From Laetmonice hystrix (taxonomy: Eukaryota), in NCBI GenBank assembly GCA_965235115.1, contig OZ249452.1, positions 12,462,001 through 12,526,000 on the forward strand: DNA of 64,000 nucleotides, written 5' to 3'. Shown piece after piece: positions 11,132 through 24,862 of the stretch. Under the pieces are notes generated by a model. That model saw nothing but the letters and a program-made list of their open reading frames with translations. It had not been told where the DNA came from and did not search any database. Positions within the stretch are counted from its first letter, which is position 1. Each line of letters opens with the position of its first letter. The position numbers were made by a program, and so were the translations under genes.

Positions 11132-14053
11132 GGAAACGATCTACCTAAAGGTCTCTACAGCCGCTGGGGGAGGTGGGCGTAGAGCATTTCCGCTGAAAAA
11201 CTCAAAGTGGTACAGCGAGCGTGTCCCTTCTGGTACCACACAGACGGAGAAGTCTGGGCAAGAATTCGGCATTTCTCCTTCAGAATCATTCATTTCTTCG
11301 CATTTCTGAACATTTTCACTTGAAATGCCCGTGAGTGTCAGACTGAAGTGTTTCACATAGCTGTACACACGGCTAGTATGTACACCGGGGGTTGCTATGT
11401 TTCTTCCCAATTTTACAGTTTCACTTTAAAAGAAACCCAAACCAAACCCAAACATTACGAAAATACATCTAAAAGAACAGTTTATCTCCGTTAAATTCAC
11501 ATTTGTTCCTTACAAACTATAGGGGATATCTACAATTCAAGGAGTAAGGGCGATCCTCATGTTAAGCCGCTAAAGCTGAGATTATCAAAAAGTTTTCCGT
11601 GTACAAGATGACGGTCTAGGGCGCACTGTCACTGCCCACTTACGATTGACTTCATTCATTTCCGTATCTCCATGGTAACAGGGTTTGGGACGTTTTCCCT
11701 GATCGTTCCAAACTTGAACATTGGACCCCTGTATTCTACAAGCCGAAGTTCCTTGCTGACTTCGGCATGTTTACCATTACAAAAGTCATCTTCACTCATA
11801 TCTTTTTTGAGAAAGAAAAAATGGCAGGTGCTGCAAAGGTGATGCCTGTTGGCAAAGAAATCCAGAACTTTTGGCTAAAGTTCAAGAAGGAAACGCAGTC
11901 AACATATTTCATCTGTTATTGTACAATAAAGGTTGCCCGGATCAGAGAACACTGACCTCATCTCCACACCTGATATTTTCACACCAAATAAATCATCAAG
12001 TTAGCAGCCTGCAAGCATGACCCAAGACACTTGGGGTTCTGTTCTTTCAGATACTACTCCTTTCAGACAAAAATTAAAAATAAAAATATGAAATATCAAT
12101 GTAAATTTTCAAGGCTAAGAGATGAGTTAAATACAAATCAGTAGATTGGAAAATAGACCTATAATATGCCGACTCCTGAAGGGTGCTGCCCCTAGCAAGG
12201 ACCCGATCTGATAGAAACACAATCTGTATCACTGTATGGTTCGGTAAGGCCCATGTAAGGTTAAAGAGAACAATGCCAGACCATTGTACATAAGGTGGAG
12301 TGTCACGATCTGGCACTGTACCGTAACCTGGATTTTCAGTTGTCTTTATAGTGTGGACAATAACTGGAGGCAATGGTAGAGGTAGCAGATCCAACCAGCC
12401 GGAAACTAGCATTGTGTCCAGAATGATGTTAGGGCCTCAGGGGGCTATTATTTACGGAAAGATAGTTCTTCCAACTCTGTCAGGATCTACTGGGCTTTTC
12501 TTCCATCTTAAGTATCCTTGATTTAACTTCTTTTTTTATAATCTTCCATTTTGAGTAACTTGTCTTGTTATGTACATGGTCAGTAAAAGTTTATAAAAAA
12601 AATTCTAGATTCTGGGGACTCCTCAAGTTCCAACAATTCAGCCCGCCTGTAAAATTTTGAATAAGTTTACGAGAAAAGTAGTTGAGTGCTCCTAGTTTTC
12701 AGTTTTCCGCCCCTCAAATACAGGACGAACTCGACTTGAGGCCAGTGGTTCCTGGATACAAGAGTTGCCACAGGGCCATCCACCGAGTGTTTTAACGTGC
12801 CACCTCAAGGAAAAAATGTGTGGATCCCTCTCAGTATTATAAAGGCCTGGCGGATCGACTGCAGGCTTGGCAAGGTTCCTCAGCCAATGGGCAGAGCATC
12901 AACATTTCTGAACAAACTGACCCGGAGACAAGAATTTCATAATTACTTTGTGTCTTTCATCGCACACTTACGCAGTGCACGAGCTTTTCCCACTAAACCA
13001 CAATGAAGTGATCCTCTTCATGTTTATATTTCCTTTACCCTCTGCGGTCCTGGCTGCAGCTATCTGAGTATTGGATGGCAAAACGATCCATATAACAAGA
13101 AAAACAAAAAACTCCAAAATGATTGCCATCATTTCCTAGTTATCGTGCCCATCGAGGCGTCTGGGCGTGAGACAGCGGGTCACGTGACTGTCAGATCTCG
13201 CATTGACCCCCAGAATCTCGTGACAGTTAGGGTTGCCCTGGTTACCACCAATCAGAAATATGTTGAGTGGTGTATGACAGGTTTGTGCACAATATACATG
13301 TATGTTCTGCTGCAATGTAACAACAGTTAGTTTGCTGACATTATAGGTTTCTCCCGGTCCGGGTGGGTCAAACAGAAGTCAAATTCCGAAAACGGATCAC
13401 ATCATCAGTTTGAGATGTACTGGGTGTGTCATACATGTTTTTTAACACACACATGCAAGAAAAAGGAGAAAGAAAACTGTCCTGCAGACCCATGAATCTT
13501 ACATGTTCCTCGTCTTTCACACTTCGTCTGTGTTCCGATTCGGTTTCAACAATGTCAAATCTTCAAGATATATTGTAGTTCCGTAAGTTTGACTTGTCAT
13601 GAGAATTTTTTATCGTGGAAAGAACGTCTACATGGTATCCTTTGTACCGGTATGGGTAAAAATCATAACTGGTATGATACACTTTTCTTCCACTTGTCTA
13701 TGTGAGGCAGCTTTCAATGATTTTTCTCTCCGTGCGTGTTTCTTAGATAAGCTGTTCCGTTTTACCTCATGCCTTCAGGCTGGCCACGTGCAGGTGCCAT
13801 AAAACGACAGCGGTCAGGACGACATTTGCCACATGGATCAAGAGATTTCGATATAAATCCTGTCCTGTCTAGACCACAACCATCAGGTCACGGCTTGGTG
13901 GACGAGGATACAATAACATGAGGGACGCCAGGGGGGGGGGGGGGGTTATCTCTGAAACAGTCGTCAAAATGTCACGTTCGGCCTCCACGCCGGGTTCTGT
14001 GAATAGAAACACAACCTTTGGGTATGTATGAGATCGGAGTCTGTTGGTCTAAC

Positions 14054-14231
14054 CAGGACCCAGTTTTTAGTCATTTTACCAATCTTAAGACTGGAATTTT
14101 AAGACTGACTTGTGTTATGGTCTCTCATTGGCTGACTTCATTTGAAGGACCAATCAGAAGATTTGAAACAAGAGTTCAGTCTTAAGATTTGAATCTTAAG
14201 ACTCGGTTTGCAAACTAAAAACCAGGGCCGG
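14054..14231. mobile_element. Palindromic MITE, PIF/Harbinger-like (GG(A/C)CC ends, CAG/CGG flanks)
   Basis: Imperfect inverted arms ggacccagtttttagt...tcttaagact / agtcttaaga...actaaaaaccagggcc around a central attggctg...ccaatcag. Confidence 0.6.
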
Positions 14232-15043
14232 GGATGTGGACTTGGATATTGGTGAGCTGGGGGCGAGGTTTTGGAGATGTCCAGTCTTCAGTTTGGCAGC
14301 CGCTGGGTTGTGACTCGATGTAGAAGTGCTCATGGCCCAATTGGTCAGGTAACAAATTTTATCAGATTTTGTTTAGCATTATCTCTGACCCTTAGAGGTA
14401 GGGCTTCAACATCAGGACAAGAGGTCCGTCACAGTGGCACACCTTCGTGGCTGAAGCTATGCGTACAGTACCTTACTAAAGATTTTACTCAAAGGTTTAC
14501 ATTTTGGGTCACATTCGCATTCAATAGAACTATCACCTCAGTTAGGTCAAGGGACACTTCTCAAACCAGCCTAACATGTCCTTCTCAATCTATACAAATA
14601 TATGAACCAAGATAACTACCAGGGTTCTCAAATACAGCAAAGTGAGCATTAGGACACATAGGCCTCGTTAATTCATAAAGCCTACACATGAAAGTTTAAA
14701 ACTCTACCTGCAGTCACAAACTTCCCATTATGTAGTAGGCCTCCTGCTATATGCTACTAATGCAATCAAATCGCTACTGGAAAAACAGCACCGGTTGAGT
14801 GCCAATGGCTCTGATTTACCCTCCTGGACAATTAAAACTGACACAATTCCTTTTGTTTTTAACACATACATTAACGTAACGTCTATACTGGGTTCACTGA
14901 GTACATGTGAACAAAAAGCCCGGGGTTTAATGTTGCAGTTAGTATCCTGCTCATAACTCTGCCGCTCAGTAAAGTGTAGACTGTGGCCCACATCTGACAC
15001 CGTATGCACGTCATGAACTGGGTGGTCAAAGAGGCAAACTTAC

Positions 15044-15059
15044 CTTGGTGCTTTATCGT
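15044..15059 (-). CDS. 16-nt microexon (D-DKAP-R), phase 1 to 2
   Basis: Very strong acceptor cgttttttttctctttcacag| and perfect donor AAG|GTAAGT. It provides the phase change required before the phase-2 acceptor at 5667. Confidence 0.75.
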
Positions 15060-16594
15060 CTGTGAAAGAGAAAAAAAACGACCATTAGAATACATTTATA
15101 ACTTTTATCAAACACAACAATATCAATATATTCTAACTATCTCCATTGCAATAAAGGTAGAATTATTAGAACAAATAATATTTTTAACACATTCAGTAAT
15201 AATGTTTCAGTGAATAGTGTTGCTCTTTTTCTCAAAATAAGTAGCCACAAAAAAACCTGATCCTTTTCCAAATTCCTTGACACCCTCGCACACATACTGA
15301 TGGAGTTGTTCTCAGGTCGTTCCACCCCCTATCATATCTACAGATAACAACCTTATCAATGTTCACAGAGTTCTGAAACCAAAACACGCCCACTCACAAA
15401 AACATCATACATGTATCTCCTGTCACATTGTGTGCTAGCCATCAGTCGTCACAAACAATCAACCCACCCGGCATGAGTTTGATAGCAGAATCTAGTTTTT
15501 CCTGGAATCTTTCCTAACCCACTTCGATCCACATATTGTAATGACTTGTTATCGTTTGGGACCTATCTAGGCTGACGTCTGTCGTAATACGCCAACCACG
15601 TCATCCAATCAGGCGTCTACATTCCTAGCGTCCCATTTCTCCGCGCCCCCTCATTCCAGGATTGACCTCTGACCTCTGAGAGAGTCACCACTCCAAGAAT
15701 CGGCTTGGCTGCGTTTTGTGTGGTTTGGGTTCCAACAGGGACCATCTGCGCACACTGGATCCATGGTAACGAGTGCAACAGCCCCCCCCCCCCCAACCCC
15801 ACGGTACCAGATCCACGAAAGTTTCGAGGGTAAAGAACGAACAACTATTACTAGATCCAAACCTCATCATTACCCCTGGTCCCCAGACATCTCCAAAGAC
15901 AGTTACCCCGATACCTACTCCTACCCCCGGTAGTAAACCGTGTACTGAACCTACTGAACGGCAACTCTGGAATAATATACTGGAATCCAATATAATTATA
16001 TCCTCTAACTTTATCCTTACGGCGGTCTTACATAACAGGAAATGATAAGGACTTTGAACAGGGGCGAGTAACCTTAAACCACGGGAGAGAGCAGCGCAAT
16101 TTAACTTATATATAAGTTACCAGTATCCCATTCTGGTAGAAAATTCAAACAAAAGTAAATGACCTAGTTTGTTTGTTTTTTCTTCACTTTTGTTTTTGAA
16201 CGGTTTCAGAGAACTCCAGCCCTGGGATTGACTATGCCCTGGTAATGCGAGTGTTTACAGTGTAAGATTTCGTGGACTTTCATCTGAAGGATGCAAATAT
16301 CCTGGTCTTTTTGGCAAGGGCTTGGTGGACACAAGTACAGGATCACAAATACCATCTCCTGATTGGTCGAATTCTGATGGCATGTGGTATAATTATGATG
16401 AAGCCTAACAACATCCTACATGCGTAAGACCTTGGGAAAATTTGGATATTGAAAATGTGTTCTGGACGTCATAAAAAATGCTGCAAAAATATCCTGAGAT
16501 TGTAATTTCATACATGGCAAACGCACTCATGTTTTGCTTTCGAATATATAAAGAATGAAACATTCCACCCCAATCTTGTTATAATAATGTATAC

Positions 16595-16649
16595 TTTCAC
16601 AGCTGGCCAATGTATAATTTCACAGCTGGCCAATGTATAATTTCACAGC
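16595..16649. repeat. Short tandem repeat, 23-bp unit, about 2.4 copies
   Basis: tttcacagctggccaatgtataa repeated. Confidence 0.85.
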
Positions 16650-16992
16650 CCAAGATTGTCTATTTTACATGGCCACGCCTCCCAAGCCCAGCTCAGGGAC
16701 CGCTGGTCTGACTTGGTAATCAAAACGTACATGTGTACTACCTGAATTCATCAGTGTTTAATTATCGACCAGGCCATCGCCTGGCCTAGATTGCTCGCCA
16801 AGAACGATCAACATCGCTCATAAACAGCACAGAGTTGATTCCTTTCTGAGTTGTTAACATTGGGGTGTGACACTTTAGTTTCCGATCCCACCCACGGCTT
16901 GAAACGAGCCCATCTAACAACGGCCTGACACTGGCACCTGGGCAATTGTATGATTCGATTGTTTTTATTTGAAGGAGAGGAAGAACAAGAAG

Positions 16993-17137
16993 NNNNNNNN
17001 NNNNNNNNNNNNNNNNNNNNNNNNNNNNNNNNNNNNNNNNNNNNNNNNNNNNNNNNNNNNNNNNNNNNNNNNNNNNNNNNNNNNNNNNNNNNNNNNNNNN
17101 NNNNNNNNNNNNNNNNNNNNNNNNNNNNNNNNNNNNN
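16993..17137. other. Assembly gap (145 N)
   Basis: Run of N flanked by GAA-rich sequence. Confidence 1.
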
Positions 17138-18874
17138 AGAAATATGAAAGTTCCTATGTGGCCATATATACTGCTGTTCTTACAAGTGATCCCGCAGTTA
17201 TAAAGAAGTTTCCCAGGCCCTCCCGGTATGATGACCTTCTACGAAAACTGCCTGGGGACCAATCATTAAAAGGGCCACGTCCAAGAAATAAAACGTGGGA
17301 ATGTCCCTCGCGACACATCTTGGGCACGTGTCTAATGTTAATGATGCTGCGTCCATGGTGCTGAGTTATAAAAATGTTGGTTTAGTTAATCTCAAACGAT
17401 TAGTCTTTATCAAGTTAATTCTCAGGATTAAGGTTGAGTATTTGGAAATCTTTTTGTTTTATTCAAGGATGGGCTGGATAAGGCATGAGACAGCAATGAC
17501 TTTCCCTCCATGAAAATATCTATACTCTACTGAAAGAAGAATTTACTAGAATTTCAATATTGATAAGAGGTCCTACATATGTTCACAGTACTCTAACGCC
17601 ACATAACATTATAATATAATATATAATATATATTTTATACATGTATCAATCACTGTTTCTGGAAGTGACATTCTTACTCTAAAACCTCACATCATGATTC
17701 TGCTTGTAAAATCTCCAGGATGCTTATCTCAACACTCCAGTATAAAACATACCAGGAAGACGGCCGGCTGAGATTTGGTGTTATAAAAAGACCCCAAGTA
17801 AAGTTCTACAACTGGGACGTGACGCTCAGATCCGGCGGTGAGTTCTCTGCTGAAAGCGATCTGGTCAACTGTGCCTTCACGACACGCAAACCCTCCACCG
17901 GATCATTTTTCCCTAACTCGTTTCCTGTTTTGACCATGGGGAGATAAGAGGGAAAAGCAATGGATGACATGATTAACATGCTACCTAGCATGTTAGTCTG
18001 ATTTTGTCCCACTGAGGTCGCGGTTACCAGGGCTCGTCGCCCATGGCAACGCCCCTCGCAACCAACCGCCATTGACCTTTTCTAGTTTACATGTCCTATG
18101 TCCCTTCAATCTTCATTCACTTTCATCTTTGAACATCACTCATCCTACGACGTTCTAAAGAAATTTCCTTGAGGTGTTTTACAGGGTAATTTCTTACATA
18201 AAGTATATCTTTTTCACCTCAGGCCACATCCCTCCGCCTAGAGTTTAAGTGGGGAAATTGCGCTCAGAAAGGAAATGGAATCCCAAGTTGCCTGAACTAA
18301 TTGAACTGGTTGAGATGTACCAGAGCGGTAATAATAGTACAAACACCTGTGATATCTTTAGAGGAAAATACAAGTAGTAAAATAATAACGCAAATAGCTA
18401 CAAACAGCTACGAAATTGTATGCAAGAAATGCCACAGAACAACTGCAGGACATGTACGCAATGCCAAGATTATTGTAGTAGAACTCTGCATAGAATTCCC
18501 CTGAGTCTAAACACAACACTAAACTGGCAAGGCAAACTGTAGATATGTCCTAGTTGGCCTCGATGTGGTCAGGGCCTGCACAGCCTAAGGACAGGTCACG
18601 TGACCAGATTCTCACTTCTGATTGGTCATAACTTCGTCCCCTTCGTCCTCCGGGGTGGGTGGCAGTAGGCCAGGGCGACAGTGAGAAACTGCATTTACAA
18701 ATAGCGTCCTGTGCACAACGAAAATCTGTCTTGACGTCGGTAAAACACCTAATCGCGGAAGATCCCTATCTTACCCACCTATGCCACTGCTAGCACTGTA
18801 TAACTTCTTCATAAAACCGCCTTTAAGGTTGCAATCTTTTTCTTTTAGGTGAATCGCTGTAAGAAAAACATAAC

Positions 18875-19003
18875 TTAAAGGGGAAATACTATTACCTACT
18901 AACTACATTACTTGTTATATTTGTAAGATGTGAATTAAGATTAGTCCATAAGTGTTTCTCATGGTCTGGTCCGTTTTGATGCAAACTTGTACTCTTCCTT
19001 TAA
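18875..19003. mobile_element. Small Kolobok-like MITE (TTAA-AGG...CCT-TTAA)
   Basis: ttaaaggggaaatact versus the reverse complement of the right end, ttaaaggaagagtaca. Confidence 0.45.
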
Positions 19004-20187
19004 GTGTAAGTAAGTGAAGTAGGCCTCTTTAAGACGGGTACTTGTTATTTCAAAGGGTCGAGGGTCATCCCTCAATAGCCCAAGGCCCTCCCTGGACAAC
19101 AATAAACCTGCCCACCGATAGCCCCCCAGGTAGGAAACCCACTAACACCAATAGACACACATGCTCGGGCCTAATTTGGACGCTGGATTACAAGGAGTCA
19201 ATGCGGGGGCCGACCTGGGGAAGTTGACCTAGTTTGAGGACACTGTACTGAACTCAGTCAACTGTGATCACATTAAAGGTATTTCCTGTAACATTTCCCG
19301 AACCCCCACCCTCTCACCGACTCCTGTATCGTCCGAGCTGTGATTTTTTTTTAAAGTCAAGAGGTTCCGAATTGAGTCAAGAACCAACCGCTTGTCAAAA
19401 TGAAACATTAACCAGTTCAGACGAGTCCTGCCAAAAACAAGGACAGAACTCCCAGTGGACCTAACCGTCAGCCCCGGCCTCCACAACACTAAGCTCTGAG
19501 ACGTTATGCATACACGACACCCTCCCCTAATTACCCCCTCTAATCGCCCCTACACCATTGTGACTCAAATCCCTTCTATAAACCCCTTAATTCCACCCCC
19601 ATTAACTTTAGCTGAACCTACCACGCACTTCCCCTTACCTGTCTTGAGGTAATTCACATGTCTTACGTTTCTTTATTCTACAAACACTTCTACCAAAGGC
19701 GCCTACGCTATGGGCGTAACACTTACCATTGAAATATAAAACGATAACAAAATGTCGCCACTTTAACCATTCACTACAATGACAGGTGAACATTTATGGC
19801 TGAATGTCAAACAGATTGAAGGGAACCTATTGAACATCAGGTTTGACCATAATGAGGCCGTCTTCTCGCCACCCACGCGGCATTCAGTAGTTCCCGGACC
19901 CACAGCCTCATGATTTTCTCTGTCTCGAATTAACCAAAATCCGTTCAGGGCCGTCGACTGTATTCCATGGTCCACTCAAGCATGAAACCAACCTCCTTCT
20001 CTGACTGATAGCGCGAATCAACATTTCCATGTCATTAAACTGCCAACACGACACGGCGTAGTGACCTTTGGAAGACAACAAAGGGGGAATACAAATCGGT
20101 GTACCTCATGACTGGAGAATATTCCGACCTGAATCCCACCTGCTTCGATTTGATTCATCTTCCATTCAATGTCGGACTTATCAAACT

Positions 20188-20275
20188 ACTGCCTGGTTTA
20201 ACAGAGGACTGCCTGGTATAAAGAAGGACTGCCTGGTTTAACGAAGGACTGCCTGGTTTAACGAAGGACTGCCTG
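20188..20275. repeat. 20-bp tandem repeat, about 4.5 copies
   Basis: gaaggactgcctggtttaac repeated. Confidence 0.9.
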
Positions 20276-20755
20276 ACTAAAGTGAATGCTCCATATGTGA
20301 CTATTTTAGGAAATCGACTGACAACGGGTGCAGCTTCCCTCCAATCAATCAGGAATATATATTTATCAATATAAATATTTATATAAGTATGGGTTATTTG
20401 TATCTAATGGTCAGCTTGTTAAAATCTATAATATTCCATGTATAAAGTGACTGCTAAACTATTCGGGGTTAGGTACTTAGAATACCGGTACTGCCAAGAA
20501 ATGTATATTTTCGTACTATGTAACATGTCACTGAAGAAAACAAATACTTACTTATATAACCGATATACATGTACCCGGCAACAACCGAAACTCACTGCGG
20601 CTCGGAAGGGGGTGGGGGGCACGGTGTCAGACATCTGAAGGATATCTAAACTCCATGATCTTGAGTGCGTGTGACCCGGGTTTGTAAAACCGCACCACTT
20701 CGCTGATCACGTATTTAGATGACTGGTTAGTATGCCTAGATCCCCTATGGTACCA

Positions 20756-20906
20756 ACTCCATGAAAATATGTTTAAAAACTCCATGAAAATATGTGTTTA
20801 AAAACTCCATGAAAATATGTGTTTAACAACTCCATGAAAATATGTGTTTAACAACTCCATGAAAATATGTGTTTAAAAACTCCATGAAAATATGTGTTTA
20901 AAAACT
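20756..20906. repeat. 25-bp tandem repeat, about 6 copies
   Basis: actccatgaaaatatgtgtttaaaa repeated. Confidence 0.9.
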
Positions 20907-21388
20907 AAATATGTACGACTACTCATAACCTCAGACCTAATTCCAACCCTGCCTTCACCCTGCTCTACTCTCACGTCCTACCCGGAATTGGCGGGTATGT
21001 TATCATGTGAACAACTCGATGACTGACCCAGGCAGTCGTCTGACTTGGTTTGATCAGACAAAAACATCATTGATTAATTCAGGCGCTCCAGGACTGCGGA
21101 GTCAAATGTATGGGAAAAATGCTAGCGTGGACAAAACACATGGAATGTGCGGCAGCCACACCCCAACCCCCACCCTCCCCGTCACCCTACCACCCAACCC
21201 CCGGTCCCCAATTACGCCACACCTCCGTCGTTACAAATTACGTCGTCCTCAGTCCGACATCTCCCATTTGTTGCAAACACCACACACAGAGTTGGTATTT
21301 AAAATATTCGCCTTCAGTGTGGAGTACAGTCACAACATACTTGTAACTTGACCTCTCCGTCATTCCCTTCCTCGAACTTCACCCGTTC

Positions 21389-21435
21389 CCAGGGCGGATC
21401 CAGGATTTAGGATTGGGGGGGGGGGGGGGGGGGTG
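21389..21435 (+). mobile_element. Terminus of a dispersed repeat family (GGGCGGATCCAGGA followed by poly-G); related ends at about 4501, 22445, 50485 and 62159
   Basis: The same 12-14-bp terminus occurs in both orientations, usually beside G/C runs. Confidence 0.5.
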
Positions 21436-22747
21436 AACCGTCTAAGGGACGATCTTGGTGCACGGAGGGGGTGCATGGTGGTGTCTGGGGTCATTATTCT
21501 GTATAAAATTTTAATTCTAACAACCCAGCCCTGCGAGGGGTTAGAGACTTAACCTCCCAAACCACTGAAGTTACAACTGGTTCCAAACTCCAGTGCCAAC
21601 CCCAGTTGCCAGCACCAGACAGATCAGCCCTACCTATGTCTGGGAGTCACTCACCGTTCGTGACAGTACACACGCTGTCCCGACCTCAGAAACATTTCAC
21701 ACCCATTCACATCTATACTTATATTAATACACCATCACGAGTTATAAAGCTATTACATAATACTGTCCTTAAATACACTTTCTTTATGAAAATAAATTCT
21801 CATTATTCTAAGAAGACTTAACTTGCTTTCCCTGGAATGTACGTGGGAGAAAAAAGGTTAAACTGCTCTCAATTTACACTGGTACCTTGTGTCACTGGTC
21901 AAATGTGGACTAGGTCGACAAGGATAAAAAGTTCAATATGAATATGTAAATATATGAAGCGGAGTGAAATGTCGACGGTAGAGATGTGACTAGAATCTTG
22001 ACACGAGCACGAGGGGCCGACTTACAAGTTCTACACTCAACTCGCTCCTGGCATGCGAGCAATTCCAGCCCGGCCTCAGCTACAAGATGAGGAATCCCGC
22101 ATTGTATAAAGTTGTGTTTCACATTGCCACTGGAGACAATAGGTACCAGTTGACAACTGTTGAGGCTGGGGTAACTCTGTGCCCTGCTGACAGCATTCTG
22201 TACCAGCAGCCATGACCTCCACACAGATTGAGAAATAAGTGTGGTTAAAACACCAGACCCCAGACCAGAAAGGGTTCTGAGACATCTCACCCCCTCCTTC
22301 GACCATTCTTACATATTTTTCCTTATACATTTACCATTATTGCCCCCCTTTTGTAGGGGGGGGGCTTACTACCAGTGTTCTTTAGTACTTTCCCTACCAG
22401 AGGACCGTTCCCTTTAAAACCCTTACTACTACTTTACCACAGAATCCTGGATCCTCCCCTAGATAACAACTCAAGTTATCAAACAGACCTCCTGACCCCT
22501 AGATATCTAACTGACCTCCTTGATACTCTCACTGACAATCCTCTGACTGTCACGACATGTTAGGCGATGAAATGACTCACACCACACTCCAGGTAGAGTG
22601 AAAGTCCTGGACCGGACAACCTGGGTCTCCCAGCCGGCACTGCCCACTGCTAACCTATACCCACCCACAACAGGTGGGTGGACAGGTAGGTCATCAAAGT
22701 TGTATATAAGTTAATATATAAAAAGATTAAGAGTAAGCGCCACGTAC

Positions 22748-22798
22748 CTTTCAACCTGCTAGTCATTGTGTCTTCATCATTAGTATCCTCAGCTGATC
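22748..22798 (-). CDS. 51-nt exon (GSAEDTNDEDTMTSRLK)
   Basis: Acceptor ctaattgtcattccag|, donor AAG|GTACGT, phase 1-1, open frame, acidic composition. Confidence 0.65.
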
Positions 22799-23439
22799 CT
22801 GGAATGACAATTAGCACCACTTATAATCCTGGGTTTGATTAACGGTACATCCAGTGGAGAGAGACGGTGAGAGAGTGTGGGTGAGAGAGACGGGCCGGTG
22901 AGACCGACAGCCCGGTGTGAAGTGGGAGGACGACCGGGACAGACTGCTGTCAGCGTTAAGACGGGCAGGGTGCACTGAACTGTATCGGAGTGGTGTGTGA
23001 GTGTGTGAGTGGTTACAGCAGTGAGTCGGTGGTCCGCCGAGTGTGTGAGTGTGAGTGTGGTGGAATGTAGACTGGAATGAAGGTTGTCTGTGGGTGGGTG
23101 GCGGTGGTGGTGGTGGTGTCACACACGGAGTGGTGCTGGGAGGTGGTGCAGTTAGTGGTGGTTATTGCCTGTGGCTGGTGGTGACGGTAGGTCTTCACCT
23201 TAGATTCAGGTGACAGGTGTCATACGTAGACACGATGTGTCTTTAATGGGAGCAAGGACCCTAATACGGTCACGATTTCAACCCAATAATAATAAACAAT
23301 CCATAAATTTATACACTTGAATATGTAGACTGTTTCAATTTTAAATGCCCTGGATTTTTTTAATAGATAATTGATCTTTCCAGCCAGACCGGGTGTCCTA
23401 TCATCGCCCCACCCCTCCCAACCTTGTCCCATTCACATT

Positions 23440-23615
23440 GAACCCACATTGAGTCCCATCTCATACAGGAAAATTGTCCCATTCACACAAAACACGGTGT
23501 CCCACCCACACTGGACCCAGTGCCCCCACCGGACCCAGAATCCCACCCCACAGATCCAGTGTCCCATCCACATAAGACCAAGTGTCCCATCTCCCACAGG
23601 CCCAGTATCCCATCC
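23440..23615. repeat. Degenerate repeat of about 22 bp (gtcccatccacac...cccagt)
   Basis: Recurring gtcccat/gtcccac motif at roughly 20-25-bp spacing. Confidence 0.6.
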
Positions 23616-24199
23616 TCCTGCGACTTCCCTCATACATTTTCAGCCCTTTTCCTAAAGAGGGCGCTACTGTGCTGGTGCGTTAAACCAATCATATCGAAGT
23701 ATAAGGCAGGGAAGGATGCAAGTATTTTGAGGTGGTAAGGCCCTCCTCTATGTACACACACCAATCATCCATATATGTAATACATGTATAATGAGACCAA
23801 TGTTATATTAAGATACAAACAAGTCCAATATTTTGTTATGTTATGTGTCATTGCCTGCTGTTATCATTACAGATACACAGGAGGTTTCCTAATGAGTGTC
23901 ACTGCCTACATCCTGCAGGACCCACTGCTCAACAGATAACACTTGTAACGGATCTGACTGAGAAGATAACCACTACAAACTGACATAGTTCCTGCTTTCG
24001 ATTTTTGCCACCACAAAACCTTATGTCTACAAGTAGCTGACAAGCTGTTATCGCTGCAGTACTTCAATGACCTTACATTTCCTTACTGTGTTGAGAGAAG
24101 TAGGGTGTCATTTTCACGTCAAAGATCTCCTGCAGATTAAGACTTTCCTAGGGGTACATCGCCCGTGATAGCGTAAACCCCACGAGATTTGGTCGAAAG

Positions 24200-24320
24200 T
24201 AAAGATCCATATCCCTAACCCCGGTCTCTACACCTCCCAAAACATATCCCTACCCTATCCCTGACCTTAACCCGAACCCCTGCCCAAAAGTTTTGTGGGA
24301 AAGTTACCATGGGAAAATAA
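24200..24320. mobile_element. Dispersed repeat with telomere-like CCCTAACC/CCCTATCC core and gtgggaaagttaccatgg end; related copies at about 1530-1700, 34550-34650, 49310-49510 and 61505-61640
   Basis: Shared segments ccctaa(c/a)c(c/t)cggtct(c/a)ta, aaaacatatcccta, ccctatccctg and (c)catggtaac(ttt)ccgc across the copies. Confidence 0.55.
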
Positions 24321-24809
24321 CCCTTTCCGGACTTGAGACCCGACAGAACCCTGTTGTTAGCACTACTTTCCCCATTCCACTTTGTAATACTCCGAAACCG
24401 TTCCTCCTGCAGGCCTGCCACAAGGGCCTACTTGAAATACTTGCATATTTTTTATGCTCCTGGAATAGCTAAAAGTTAATCTCTGGAGGTCTTCTCAGAG
24501 ATCTTGTGAGAAAAAGGCCACTCTCCGTGCAAACCTCTTCCATTTCCTCCAGAGCGTCCCGGATCTAGGGGGTTGGGTTCTGTTCTTGATTAATATTGCT
24601 TTGTTCTTAACGGCTTCCGTATCTACAACATGTTGCGCAGATACGTAATGGAATCCTATAAGTGCTTCCATTGTTGGCCAGATCTCTGAAACTTGACATG
24701 ACTCTAAGCATGTTATCACAACAGAGATGTCCGGGTTTTTGTTACGGTAGCCATGGGGGTCAAAGGTCGGCGGTTGCCGTGACAGCCGCTCAAGGACAGC
24801 GCTGCGGGA

Positions 24810-24862
24810 CTTGCTTGACGTCACGTCACGTTATCACGTGACAGTCTCCTCTGACGTCACAG
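24810..24862. promoter_or_regulatory. Cluster of two CRE (TGACGTCA) and one E-box (CACGTG) in a CpG-rich patch
   Basis: ttgacgtcacgtcacgttatcacgtgacagtctcctctgacgtcac. Confidence 0.4.

Noticed and set aside
11640-11810. Short minus ORF MSEDDFCNGK...MEIRK* followed by a GTAAGT donor
   Set aside because: 47 aa, stops before the donor, and no compatible phase or recognisable family.
16950-17364. ORFs spanning the N run
   Set aside because: Artefact of translating N as X.
20596-20634. Exon-like segment with good splice signals (MSDTVPPTPFRAA)
   Set aside because: It is open only in phase 0 or 2. In phase 1, required by its neighbours, it has an immediate stop.
22811-23198. Pro/His/Thr-rich ORFs upstream of the 51-nt exon
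   Set aside because: Simple CAC/CT-rich sequence. The only frame-compatible splice would leave an intron of about 46 nt, and the phase-1 acceptor near 23198 hits a stop after 15 codons.
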